Source: an uncultured Pseudomonadota bacterium (GTDB lineage Bacteria > SAR324 > NAC60-12). Taken from it: a stretch of DNA of 18,912 bases. The notes beneath the pieces were generated by a model. That model ran no database searches, was not told the DNA's origin, and was given only the letters and a program-made list of their open reading frames with translations. Positions 1 through 7,117 of the stretch are shown in pieces. The stretch is from NCBI GenBank assembly GCA_913020725.1, contig CAJWCD010000072.1, positions 1 through 18,912 of the forward strand, given 5' to 3'. Numbering within the stretch: the stretch's first letter is position 1; each line of letters starts with the position of its first letter. A program made the translations under genes and the position numbers.

Positions 1-50
1 AGGGCAAATTTTGCTGAGGACAGGCACCAACACTCAAGAGGGGGACTATC
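1..50. repeat. Right-hand 50 bp of a MITE-like element (copy 1, truncated by window edge)
   Basis: 1-50 is identical to 3675-3724 (agggcaaattttgctgaggacaggcaccaacactcaagagggggactatc). Ungapped identity ends at the end of the terminal inverted repeat (28-50). Confidence 0.9.
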
Positions 51-119
51 TAAATAACAGAATTAAATTAAATAACTTTAATTAAAAATATTCAATCCTT
101 TTCTAAACAAAAATAAATT

Positions 120-1457
120 ATGAATCTCCATAGATTACTCCTTGAACGTAATAAGGATAATAATCCCATTAAGGTGGGGTTAATTGGTGCTGGAAAGTTT
201 GGGACCATGTTTCTCTCACAGGCAAGAACTACAACTGGAATACACATTGTGGGGATTGCAGACTTAAACGTTGAGCAGGCAAAAAAAAACTGTTTGAAAT
301 CAGGCTGGAAGCAGGAAAAATTTGAAGCGGGTTCATATGAAGAAGCACTTGCAAAGGGGAAAACCTTTATAGGAGAAGATTCTGAAAGATTGATTAAAAC
401 ACACGGAATAGAAGTTATCGTAGAAGCAACTGGAAATCCAACTACTGGCATTTCTCACTGTCTTCAATGTATTGAAAATGGAGTTCATATCGTGATGGTC
501 AATGTAGAGGCAGATGTTTTGGCTGGTCCTCTTCTGGCTAGTAAAGCTCTAAAAGCCGGAGTTTGTTACAGCCTTGCTTATGGAGACCAACCCGCACTGA
601 TTTGTGAACATGTAGATTGGGCTAGGGCTATAGGGTTTGAAGTAACTTGTGCTGGAAAGGGGACCCGATATCTTCCAAGTTATCATGAATCAACTCCTGA
701 TACTGTATGGGAAAATTTTGGTTGGGATTTAGAAGTTGTCAGAAGAGGCGGCTTAAATCCTAAAATGTTTAATAGTTTCATTGATGGGACCAAATCAGGA
801 ATTGAGATGACTGCAGTTTGCAATGCAACGGGCCTAACACCACAGTCTGATGGATTGAGTTTTCCACCTGCATCAAGGTTTGAATTGGCTGACATCTGTA
901 AGCCAAAAGAATTTGGCGGAAGAGTTGAGAAATCTGGTACTACTGAAGTGGTCTCTTCACTTCAAAGGGACGGAACCTCTGTACCGAATCATCTTCAGGT
1001 TGGAACTTATGTCGTTGTGGAGGCAGACACAGATTATGTAAAATATTGTTTTGAAGAATACACGATGTTGCCAGATCAAAGTTTTCGCTTTGCTGCATTG
1101 TATCGCCCCATTCATCTTATTGGACTTGAATTGGGAATTTCAATTGCCTCTACAGTACTTCGCAACGAACCTACTGGTTCCCCATTAGGATTTCAATCAG
1201 ATGTGGTGACAACTGCCAAAAAGAAACTCCATCAAGGTGAAATACTTGATGGGGAAGGTGGTTATTGCGTTTGGGGGAGACAAATGCCTGCCATAGAATC
1301 GATAAAAGCAGGTTGTCTTCCACTAGGTTTGGCTAATGAAGTGAAGCTTAATAGGGATGTTTCAGCAGGAGAACAAATTTGCTGGAAGGATGTTGAAATA
1401 GATATGAATCAGCAAGCAGTCAAAATTCGTCGTGAAATGGAAAACTTATTCTCTTAA
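120..1457 (+). CDS. NAD(P)-dependent oxidoreductase, homoserine-dehydrogenase-like with C-terminal SAF domain (COG4091-type; often mis-annotated as FlgA)
   Basis: 445-aa ORF. Rossmann motif GLIGAGKFG, VEATG, VNVEAD..GP.L, YGDQP, FIDGTKS, and a C-terminal SAF-like segment (TAKKKL..GE.LDGEGGY...LPLGLA). Very AT-rich upstream region with no clear SD. Confidence 0.85.
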   Translation: MNLHRLLLERNKDNNPIKVGLIGAGKFGTMFLSQARTTTGIHIVGIADLNVEQAKKNCLKSGWKQEKFEAGSYEEALAKGKTFIGEDSERLIKTHGIEVIVEATGNPTTGISHCLQCIENGVHIVMVNVEADVLAGPLLASKALKAGVCYSLAYGDQPALICEHVDWARAIGFEVTCAGKGTRYLPSYHESTPDTVWENFGWDLEVVRRGGLNPKMFNSFIDGTKSGIEMTAVCNATGLTPQSDGLSFPPASRFELADICKPKEFGGRVEKSGTTEVVSSLQRDGTSVPNHLQVGTYVVVEADTDYVKYCFEEYTMLPDQSFRFAALYRPIHLIGLELGISIASTVLRNEPTGSPLGFQSDVVTTAKKKLHQGEILDGEGGYCVWGRQMPAIESIKAGCLPLGLANEVKLNRDVSAGEQICWKDVEIDMNQQAVKIRREMENLFS

Positions 1458-1516
1458 ATTAATTATTTAGATTCAAAGACGGTCCAAGAAAAAAATACTA
1501 TAAAGGTTTTAGCTGA

Positions 1517-2521
1517 ATGATACTTCTTGATGATTTGGATTTTGTTGGATACGATCTTAGTCGTCCTGAATGTGTTTTAGCCTCTCGATCAGGGCATCTG
1601 TATTCTGCAGATTGGCGTGGAGGAGTGGCGGTGACTTTTCCAGACGGACAAAGCCGTTTACTGAAACACCGAACTTCACAACCTTGGTTAAAACCCAATG
1701 GCATTGCATTGATGCCAGAGGGGGATTTTCTTGTCACCCACCTCGGGGATGATACTGGTGGAGTTTACCATTTGGATGGAAATGGTTCACTAACTCCTTT
1801 TCTGGAAGAAGTTGAAAATACCCCATTGCCTCCTACCAATTTTGTTTGTAGGGATTTCCAGGGAAGAATATGGATAACTGTCAGCACTAGAGCCAACCCA
1901 AGGCATTCTGCTGCACGACCGGATCATGGTGACGGATTTATTGTGCTGAAGGATGAAAAAGGTGCCCGTATCGTTGCTGATGGACTTGGTTACACCAATG
2001 AGTGTGTTTTGGACCGTACCGGTTCATGGCTCTATGTAAATGAAACTTTCCGAAAAAGATTGTCACGTTTCCGAATTGGAAAGGATGGAATGTTAGGCAG
2101 CCGTGAAACGATAACCGAATTTGGAGCTGCAGAATTTCCTGATGGTGTCATATTTGATGAAAAAGGTCATCTATGGGTGACATTGATCATCAGCAACCGT
2201 CTTTACCGGATCGCTCCAGACGGAAGCAAAGTACTGTGGCTTGAGGACTGTGATGAAATCGGAATGGAAGGAATAGAGGCTAAATATCAATTGGGGCAAT
2301 TGGAAGGTAGTGATTTCACAAAAGTGAAACCAAAAATTTTACGTAATATCTCCAGTATGGCCTTTGGAGGAAATGATCTTCAAACGGCATGGCTTGGATG
2401 TTTGCAGGGGACTTCCCTAGCTACTTTTCGATCTCCAGTTAGAGGTTTGAAGCCGGTCCATTGGGATGTGTTACCCGACTGGTTGGAACGTCTGAAATCC
2501 GAAGATAATAAAACCGGATGA
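1517..2521 (+). CDS. SMP-30/gluconolactonase/LRE family beta-propeller protein
   Basis: 334 aa. Metal-ligand motifs RPE, PNGIAL, TN, YTNE...LYVNET and FPDG..FDE.G.LWV are typical of the six-bladed lactonase family. Confidence 0.85.
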   Translation: MILLDDLDFVGYDLSRPECVLASRSGHLYSADWRGGVAVTFPDGQSRLLKHRTSQPWLKPNGIALMPEGDFLVTHLGDDTGGVYHLDGNGSLTPFLEEVENTPLPPTNFVCRDFQGRIWITVSTRANPRHSAARPDHGDGFIVLKDEKGARIVADGLGYTNECVLDRTGSWLYVNETFRKRLSRFRIGKDGMLGSRETITEFGAAEFPDGVIFDEKGHLWVTLIISNRLYRIAPDGSKVLWLEDCDEIGMEGIEAKYQLGQLEGSDFTKVKPKILRNISSMAFGGNDLQTAWLGCLQGTSLATFRSPVRGLKPVHWDVLPDWLERLKSEDNKTG

Positions 2522-3537
2522 AACTCAGGGTTGCTGGGGTAGGGGGTGGTTATTTTGCCCAGTTTCATTATGAAGCCTGGAAACGTATCGAAGAAATTGA
2601 TCTGGTTGGGGTATGTGATTTAGACCCTGAAAAGGCAAAACAGACAGCACTAACTCATAACATTCCTGAGGTTTGTTCCGAATTTGATCGATTATGTAAA
2701 AAAACCAAACCAGATCTAGTCGATATCATCACTCCACCAAATTCCCACCAAAAGCTGATTGAAACAGCCTTTCAGCACAGAATTCCAGTCATTTGTCAGA
2801 AACCTCTCGCGCCTAATTTGAAGACGGCAAAAGAGATGGTAACGTTGGCAGAAAAGAATGAAATGTTCTTCGCAGTTCATGAAAATTTCCGTTTTCAGCC
2901 ATGGTTTCAGGAGATAAAAAAAGTTTTGGAAAATCAGTTATTGGGTAAGATTTATTCTCTCAGTTTTCGTTTGCGCCCAGGAGACGGACAAGGAGCAGAT
3001 GCGTATCTTAAACGGCAACCGTATTTCCAAAAAATGGAAAATTTTTTAGTCCATGAAACTGGAATTCACTTTATCGATACATTTCGGTTTCTACTAGGAG
3101 AAATAAAGGGAGTCTATGCTGATTTACGTAAGCTTAATCCTAACATTTCCGGAGAGGACACTGGAACTATCATCTTTGATTTTTTTTCAGGCGAGAGGGC
3201 TCTTTTTGATGCAAACCGTCTAGTCGATCATCCTGCGGAGAATACAAGATTAACGATGGGAGAAATGATGATCGAAGGATCTGATTCCGTTTTGAGGCTT
3301 GACGGTTTCGGAAGGATTTTCATTCGGGTCCACCGTCAAGATGAGATTCAACATCAATATAATTGGTTTAATAGAGGTTTTGCCGGTGACTCTGTTTTTG
3401 CCCTCCAAAATCATCTGATAGAAAGTTTGATTGCAGGAAAAGAAACCCCTATGTCAGCCAAAAATTACCTACGCAATATAGAAATTGAGGATTATATCTA
3501 TCAGTCCAACCTAACTCAATCTAGAGTAGAATGTTGA
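2518..3537 (+). CDS. Gfo/Idh/MocA family oxidoreductase (D-apiose-dehydrogenase-like subgroup)
   Basis: 339 aa. GVGGGYFA, DIITPP.SH, CQKP (in place of EKP), HENFRFQP, QPY, ETGIHFID and NP.I.GED. ATGA overlap with the upstream gene suggests translational coupling. Confidence 0.85.
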   Translation: MKLRVAGVGGGYFAQFHYEAWKRIEEIDLVGVCDLDPEKAKQTALTHNIPEVCSEFDRLCKKTKPDLVDIITPPNSHQKLIETAFQHRIPVICQKPLAPNLKTAKEMVTLAEKNEMFFAVHENFRFQPWFQEIKKVLENQLLGKIYSLSFRLRPGDGQGADAYLKRQPYFQKMENFLVHETGIHFIDTFRFLLGEIKGVYADLRKLNPNISGEDTGTIIFDFFSGERALFDANRLVDHPAENTRLTMGEMMIEGSDSVLRLDGFGRIFIRVHRQDEIQHQYNWFNRGFAGDSVFALQNHLIESLIAGKETPMSAKNYLRNIEIEDYIYQSNLTQSRVEC

Positions 3538-3565
3538 GTTAGAATAAAACATAACTCAAAGAACG

Positions 3566-3724
3566 GGTAGTCACCCTCTTGAGTGTTGTTCCTCTGAAAA
3601 TCGGGAACAATAACTGTAAACCGGGGGAAACGTACCGGAAAACGCCGTCTATTTGCAAAATCCCAACACTTTACAGGGCAAATTTTGCTGAGGACAGGCA
3701 CCAACACTCAAGAGGGGGACTATC
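3566..3724. mobile_element. 159-bp MITE-like non-autonomous element / long palindrome (copy 2, complete)
   Basis: 23-bp terminal inverted repeats with 2 mismatches: 3566-3588 ggtagtcaccctcttgagtgttg vs reverse complement of 3702-3724 gatagtccccctcttgagtgttg. Additional inner pairings. A second copy is at 1-50. No credible coding capacity and no clear target-site duplication. Confidence 0.7.
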
Positions 3725-3733
3725 AAATCTCTC

Positions 3734-3762
3734 TTTACACACCTATTTTCAAATGGTAAGGT
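3734..3762 (+). promoter_or_regulatory. Putative sigma70 promoter with extended -10 for the aldo/keto reductase gene
   Basis: TTTACA (3734-3739), 17-bp spacer, then TAAGGT (3757-3762) preceded by TGn. SD-like GGAGAG at 3790-3795 before ATG 3800. Confidence 0.55.
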
Positions 3763-3791
3763 CTTCTGAAATTTTTGATTTTCCTATGTGG
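3736..3791 (+). repeat. 56-bp direct repeat, copy A (upstream of AKR gene)
   Basis: tacacacctattttcaaatggtaaggtcttctgaaatttttgattttcctatgtgg matches 4927-4983 with about 4 substitutions and 1 indel. Confidence 0.9.
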
Positions 3792-3799
3792 AGAGTTTT

Positions 3800-4810
3800 A
3801 TGGCAGTGGAATACAGACGATTGGGCAAACACGGCACTTTGGTGAGCAACCTGTGCCTGGGCACCGTGAATTTTGGCACATGGGCCAGTGAAAAAGACAG
3901 TTTTGCCATCATGGACCGGGCGCTGGAGCACGGCATCAATTTTTTTGATACAGCGGATGTGTACGGATACGAATTTGGCTATGGCCTGGTGGAGGAAACC
4001 ATCGGTCGCTGGCTGGCCCAGGGGGACGGTCGGCGGGATGCGATTGTGCTGGCATCCAAGGTTTACTCCGCATTCTTGCAGGAGGGACTCCGGCCGGAAC
4101 CGAATCGGCAATCAAAAGCGATAGGCGCGGTGAAGATCCGCCGGCAACTGGAATCATCACTGCGCCGGCTGCAAACCGACGTGATCGATCTTTATCAGAT
4201 GCACCACATCGACCGGGAGTGCCCCTGGGAGGAAACCTGGCAGGCGTTCGACACGCTGGTGAAGCAGGGCAAGATCCACTATGTCGGCTCCTCGAATTTT
4301 GCTGGCTGGGACATTGCCACCGCTTGTCAGGAGGCTTCCCGGCGCCACATGATGGGGCTGGTGAGCGAGCAGACCCGATACAGCCTCGCTTGCCGTACCC
4401 CGGAGTTGGAGGTGATTCCGGCTTGTCGGCATTATGGAATGGGATTGCTTCCCTGGGGTCCCGTGTATGGAGGGATTCTCGGTGGCATCCTGAAAAAACT
4501 ACCGAAAGGTGGGCGCCGGGCTCAGAAGAAGGATTCTGATATCAAAGAATTTCTGGCTAAACACCGAAAGCAGATCGAACGCTATGAAGCCCTTTGCAAG
4601 AAATTGGGAGAAGAACCTGCTGTGGTAGCCCAGGCTTGGCTTCTGCACAATCCGGCAGTGACCTCTATCATCATTGGCCCTCGTACACTAAAACATTTGG
4701 AAAGTTCCATTAGAGCCACTGAGATCACCCTCGACGATGAGACCCTGCAAAAGCTCGATGAAATCTGGCCAGGTCCAGGAGGCGAAGCTCCGGAGGCATA
4801 TGCGTGGTAG
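3800..4810 (+). CDS. Aldo/keto reductase (Tas/YdjG-like aryl-alcohol dehydrogenase subgroup)
   Basis: LCLGT, FFDTADVYG (catalytic Asp/Tyr), LASKV (Lys), SLRRLQTD.IDLYQMHH, GKIHYVGSSNF and I.GPRT..HLE. Start moved from GTG 3788 to ATG 3800 because of the SD. Confidence 0.92.
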   Translation: MAVEYRRLGKHGTLVSNLCLGTVNFGTWASEKDSFAIMDRALEHGINFFDTADVYGYEFGYGLVEETIGRWLAQGDGRRDAIVLASKVYSAFLQEGLRPEPNRQSKAIGAVKIRRQLESSLRRLQTDVIDLYQMHHIDRECPWEETWQAFDTLVKQGKIHYVGSSNFAGWDIATACQEASRRHMMGLVSEQTRYSLACRTPELEVIPACRHYGMGLLPWGPVYGGILGGILKKLPKGGRRAQKKDSDIKEFLAKHRKQIERYEALCKKLGEEPAVVAQAWLLHNPAVTSIIIGPRTLKHLESSIRATEITLDDETLQKLDEIWPGPGGEAPEAYAW

Positions 4811-4871
4811 ATAAGTTTTACCCTTTACCGGGCTGTAAGCACCCTTTGGAAGGGCACCTTGGCGTGGAACA

Positions 4872-4882
4872 ATAGTCCCCCT
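4872..4882. repeat. Possible remnant of MITE terminal inverted repeat
   Basis: atagtccccct is the exact reverse complement of 3713-3723 and 39-49. Only 11 bp, so chance cannot be excluded. Confidence 0.35.
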
Positions 4883-4926
4883 ATCCCTTTAAGAAACATG
4901 CCAAAAAATCAACATTAATTTTCCTG

Positions 4927-4983
4927 TACACACTCATTTTCAAATGGTAAGGTCTTCAGAAAAATTTTGATTTTCCTATGTGG
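4927..4983 (+). repeat. 57-bp direct repeat, copy B (downstream of AKR gene); retains promoter-like TGTACA-N17-TAAGGT with TGn
   Basis: tacacactcattttcaaatggtaaggtcttcagaaaaattttgattttcctatgtgg is near-identical to 3736-3791. It runs into an imperfect hairpin at 4981-5011 rather than an RBS and gene. Confidence 0.9.
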
Positions 4984-5019
4984 GAAAAGTCCTTCTGGAC
5001 TGGACTTCCCAGCAAAGGC

Positions 5020-5820
5020 TCAACTCCACGTGATACGAACCCTAACCACCTCATCTGCTTGCGTCCGGAACACAACGGTGGAGTAATTCTCAGTAATTGA
5101 GTAGATCACCAGATAGCGACCAACGAGGTATGGGTCCGCATGCAGTGCAAAAGGTTTTGTGTAGATCGCATACCCAAAGGGGATTGGAAATGCGGATAAC
5201 ATGTAATCCGGTCCTTCCGAACGACCGAACAGAAGATGGCCACGAGCCTTTGGATCGAGGGGCATGTGCAGATGTGGACGATCATGGTATTCAATGAATG
5301 AACCACTGCCCCTACCCTCAACGTGAAGATAATCCTCAACATAAGTTGGGCCGATATTCATTACAGTCACAGGGAGATTGTGGCTGCTCTCAAATGTCAG
5401 AGAATCACCAACCCTAACCAGACTTGCACCATAAAAGGCAAGAAATTCCGGTGTCGGCGGTGCTTCAGGAATTCTGAGTTCCGATTCGTCCAGGGTCAAG
5501 GTGCCCAGCCCACCAAGAGCGTTAGCCTGTTGGGACTCGACCGTCTCGACGACCTCCCAACTCCCGCCGCACCGCACATGAGGCGGCACCTCCGGTTCAA
5601 TCGGGAGGGTATCCAGTTCCTCCGATCTCTCGACCGGAACCAGACAATCCGCGTCCAACCGATACCGCTGCCCCGGTGAGACATGCCCGACAATCGCCTC
5701 AGTCACCATATAGGACTGAGGATCCTCCCCCCGTCGATTGACCACCAGCCGCCCCAAGGTCTCCCGGACATCATCTGGAAGCGTGACGGTCTTTTGGAAA
5801 CTCTCCATTGAAGTAGGCAT
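5020..5820 (-). CDS. Hypothetical protein; C-terminal half resembles ureidoglycolate lyase (AllA)-like cupin
   Basis: 266-aa ORF starting 5 bp after the upstream gene's stop. IEYHDRPHLHMP and AF.IP.GYAIY.KP.ALH resemble the E-x-H...F.P and G.G..Y..G.WH metal motifs of the AllA cupin. The N-terminal ~100 aa are unassigned. Confidence 0.6.
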   Translation of the reverse strand: MPTSMESFQKTVTLPDDVRETLGRLVVNRRGEDPQSYMVTEAIVGHVSPGQRYRLDADCLVPVERSEELDTLPIEPEVPPHVRCGGSWEVVETVESQQANALGGLGTLTLDESELRIPEAPPTPEFLAFYGASLVRVGDSLTFESSHNLPVTVMNIGPTYVEDYLHVEGRGSGSFIEYHDRPHLHMPLDPKARGHLLFGRSEGPDYMLSAFPIPFGYAIYTKPFALHADPYLVGRYLVIYSITENYSTVVFRTQADEVVRVRITWS

Positions 5821-5825
5821 GAGCT

Positions 5826-6401
5826 TTACTCGGCGTAGTACCCCACCGCATCACCTGCGAGGGTGACGCCGAGGCCGTTGAGTGTGCGGTTGGAGTAGCA
5901 GAAGTAGGCGCAGACCTGATTGACCTCCAGAATCTCCCCGTCCGTCGCTCCGACGGCTTGGGCGGCTTCCACATCAGCAGCTTCGACTTTTCCCGGAGTG
6001 GAGGTCAGTTTCCCGGTGTAGCGCAACAGCGCCAGTTCCTTGCCGGAAAACGCAGCTTCCGGAGCCTGGCCGCGCAGGGCGGTTTCGATGGTGGAGGCGC
6101 GTTCGTCGTCTTTGAGCAGCCGACGCATGTTCGCGCAGTGATGCGTGAAGCTGTACTCGCATTCGTTGAGCAGGCTGGTGTACACGCCAACCGCTTCGAG
6201 GAACCAGAGCGGCAGGGTGTTGTCCGGATGGTGCAACACGCTGCGATAGAGTGTGAGGTGCCCGACCATCGTGTGTGGGCGTTGACTGTGGACTCGCATC
6301 ACATTGTCCACGGTCCCCGCCGGTGTTTTTGCCAGTTCGTAGGCTTCCTTCAGAGATCCCGTGGCATTCTCGACAGGCAGCATTTCAATCCAGGAACTCA
6401 T
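5826..6401 (-). CDS. AhpD/carboxymuconolactone decarboxylase-like (peroxidase-related) protein
   Basis: Start reassigned to ATG 6401 (MSSWIEML), which overlaps the upstream TGA (ATGA). Motifs E.VGVYTS.LNECEYSFTHH, ALL.YT.KLT..P and EILEVNQV.AYF.YSNR..NGLG. Confidence 0.8.
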   Translation of the reverse strand: MSSWIEMLPVENATGSLKEAYELAKTPAGTVDNVMRVHSQRPHTMVGHLTLYRSVLHHPDNTLPLWFLEAVGVYTSLLNECEYSFTHHCANMRRLLKDDERASTIETALRGQAPEAAFSGKELALLRYTGKLTSTPGKVEAADVEAAQAVGATDGEILEVNQVCAYFCYSNRTLNGLGVTLAGDAVGYYAE

Positions 6402-7093
6402 GGCGCAAGATGGAGTTGGATGCCCTTGGAAGGGCGGTTGAAGACGCGGTACACCAACGGCTCGAAGAACTCCAGCGTGGCGGTGTCGTACTGCGTCTGA
6501 ATGGAGGTTTGGTCGTAGCGGGCGACCCACTCGGCAGTGTACTCGAAATGCGGATGCCCCCGGAACTGCTCGCGGGCGTTCCAGTCAACGTCGGGGTGCG
6601 TCTGCGCGTGATAATCGAGAAAAATCGCATGATGCCGGAGCATCCAGTAATGCTGTTCGGACACGTAATTCGCCAGCAAGGTTGCTGAAAACTCTCCGTG
6701 GTTGTGTGGACAGACGATGAAACCGAGATCGTGAAAAAGTGCGACCACAATCGCCTCGTCGTCCCCGCCATCTCGCAGCACCATCGTCGCGCTTTGCAGG
6801 CAGTGGCGATAGTTGTTGACCCGGAAGCCGTAGCTGGGCGCGTCCTGCTGTGAGTCAAGCAGCGCCAGCGCCTGCTTGGCTTGCTGTTCTTGATTGTAGA
6901 GTTTCCGGTACTGCGACAGATTTTCCCAGTCGTTCCGGCTGAGGTCGCCCATCGTGGACTGCGATTCCTGTAGATGCTCCAAGTCTGAGGGAAGCAGCGG
7001 TGAGGTCTGATTCAGCCGTCCATCGTTGGGCACATCTTCCGAAACGCGCTGTCCGGTTCCGAGAGGAAGTGGGTTGTCGGTGGGAATGTTCAT
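6398..7093 (-). CDS. HD-domain metalloprotein, PhnZ/TmpB/MIOX-like di-iron oxygenase or phosphohydrolase
   Basis: H..HD..H..HH..D ligand pattern: YRHCLQSAT, ALFHDLG, HNHGE, RHHAIF, RYDQ. The exact start is uncertain. Confidence 0.75.
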   Translation of the reverse strand: MNIPTDNPLPLGTGQRVSEDVPNDGRLNQTSPLLPSDLEHLQESQSTMGDLSRNDWENLSQYRKLYNQEQQAKQALALLDSQQDAPSYGFRVNNYRHCLQSATMVLRDGGDDEAIVVALFHDLGFIVCPHNHGEFSATLLANYVSEQHYWMLRHHAIFLDYHAQTHPDVDWNAREQFRGHPHFEYTAEWVARYDQTSIQTQYDTATLEFFEPLVYRVFNRPSKGIQLHLAP

Positions 7094-7117
7094 GGGTTCA
7101 GAGGAGAGAGATTGTGG

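Noticed and set aside
120..1457. Flagellar FlgA or true homoserine dehydrogenase assignment
   Set aside because: It is a cytoplasmic Rossmann enzyme with a SAF tail, has no signal peptide or ACT domain, and has no flagellar or threonine-pathway neighbours.
3509..3559. attC-like words ACCTAAC...GTTAGAA around the inverted repeat CTAACTCAA/TTGAGTTAG at the end of the Gfo/Idh/MocA gene
   Set aside because: Only ~36 bp (attC sites are roughly 57-141 bp), no L boxes, not repeated after other genes, and no integrase in the window.
3579..3845. Short ORFs across the MITE (3579-3845 +, 3516-3707 -)
   Set aside because: No recognisable motifs; they span a palindromic repeat and overlap real genes. 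Not a transposase.
1..4983. Repeats as a possible CRISPR array
   Set aside because: Only two copies of each repeat, separated by kilobase-scale genes. No regular spacers or cas genes.
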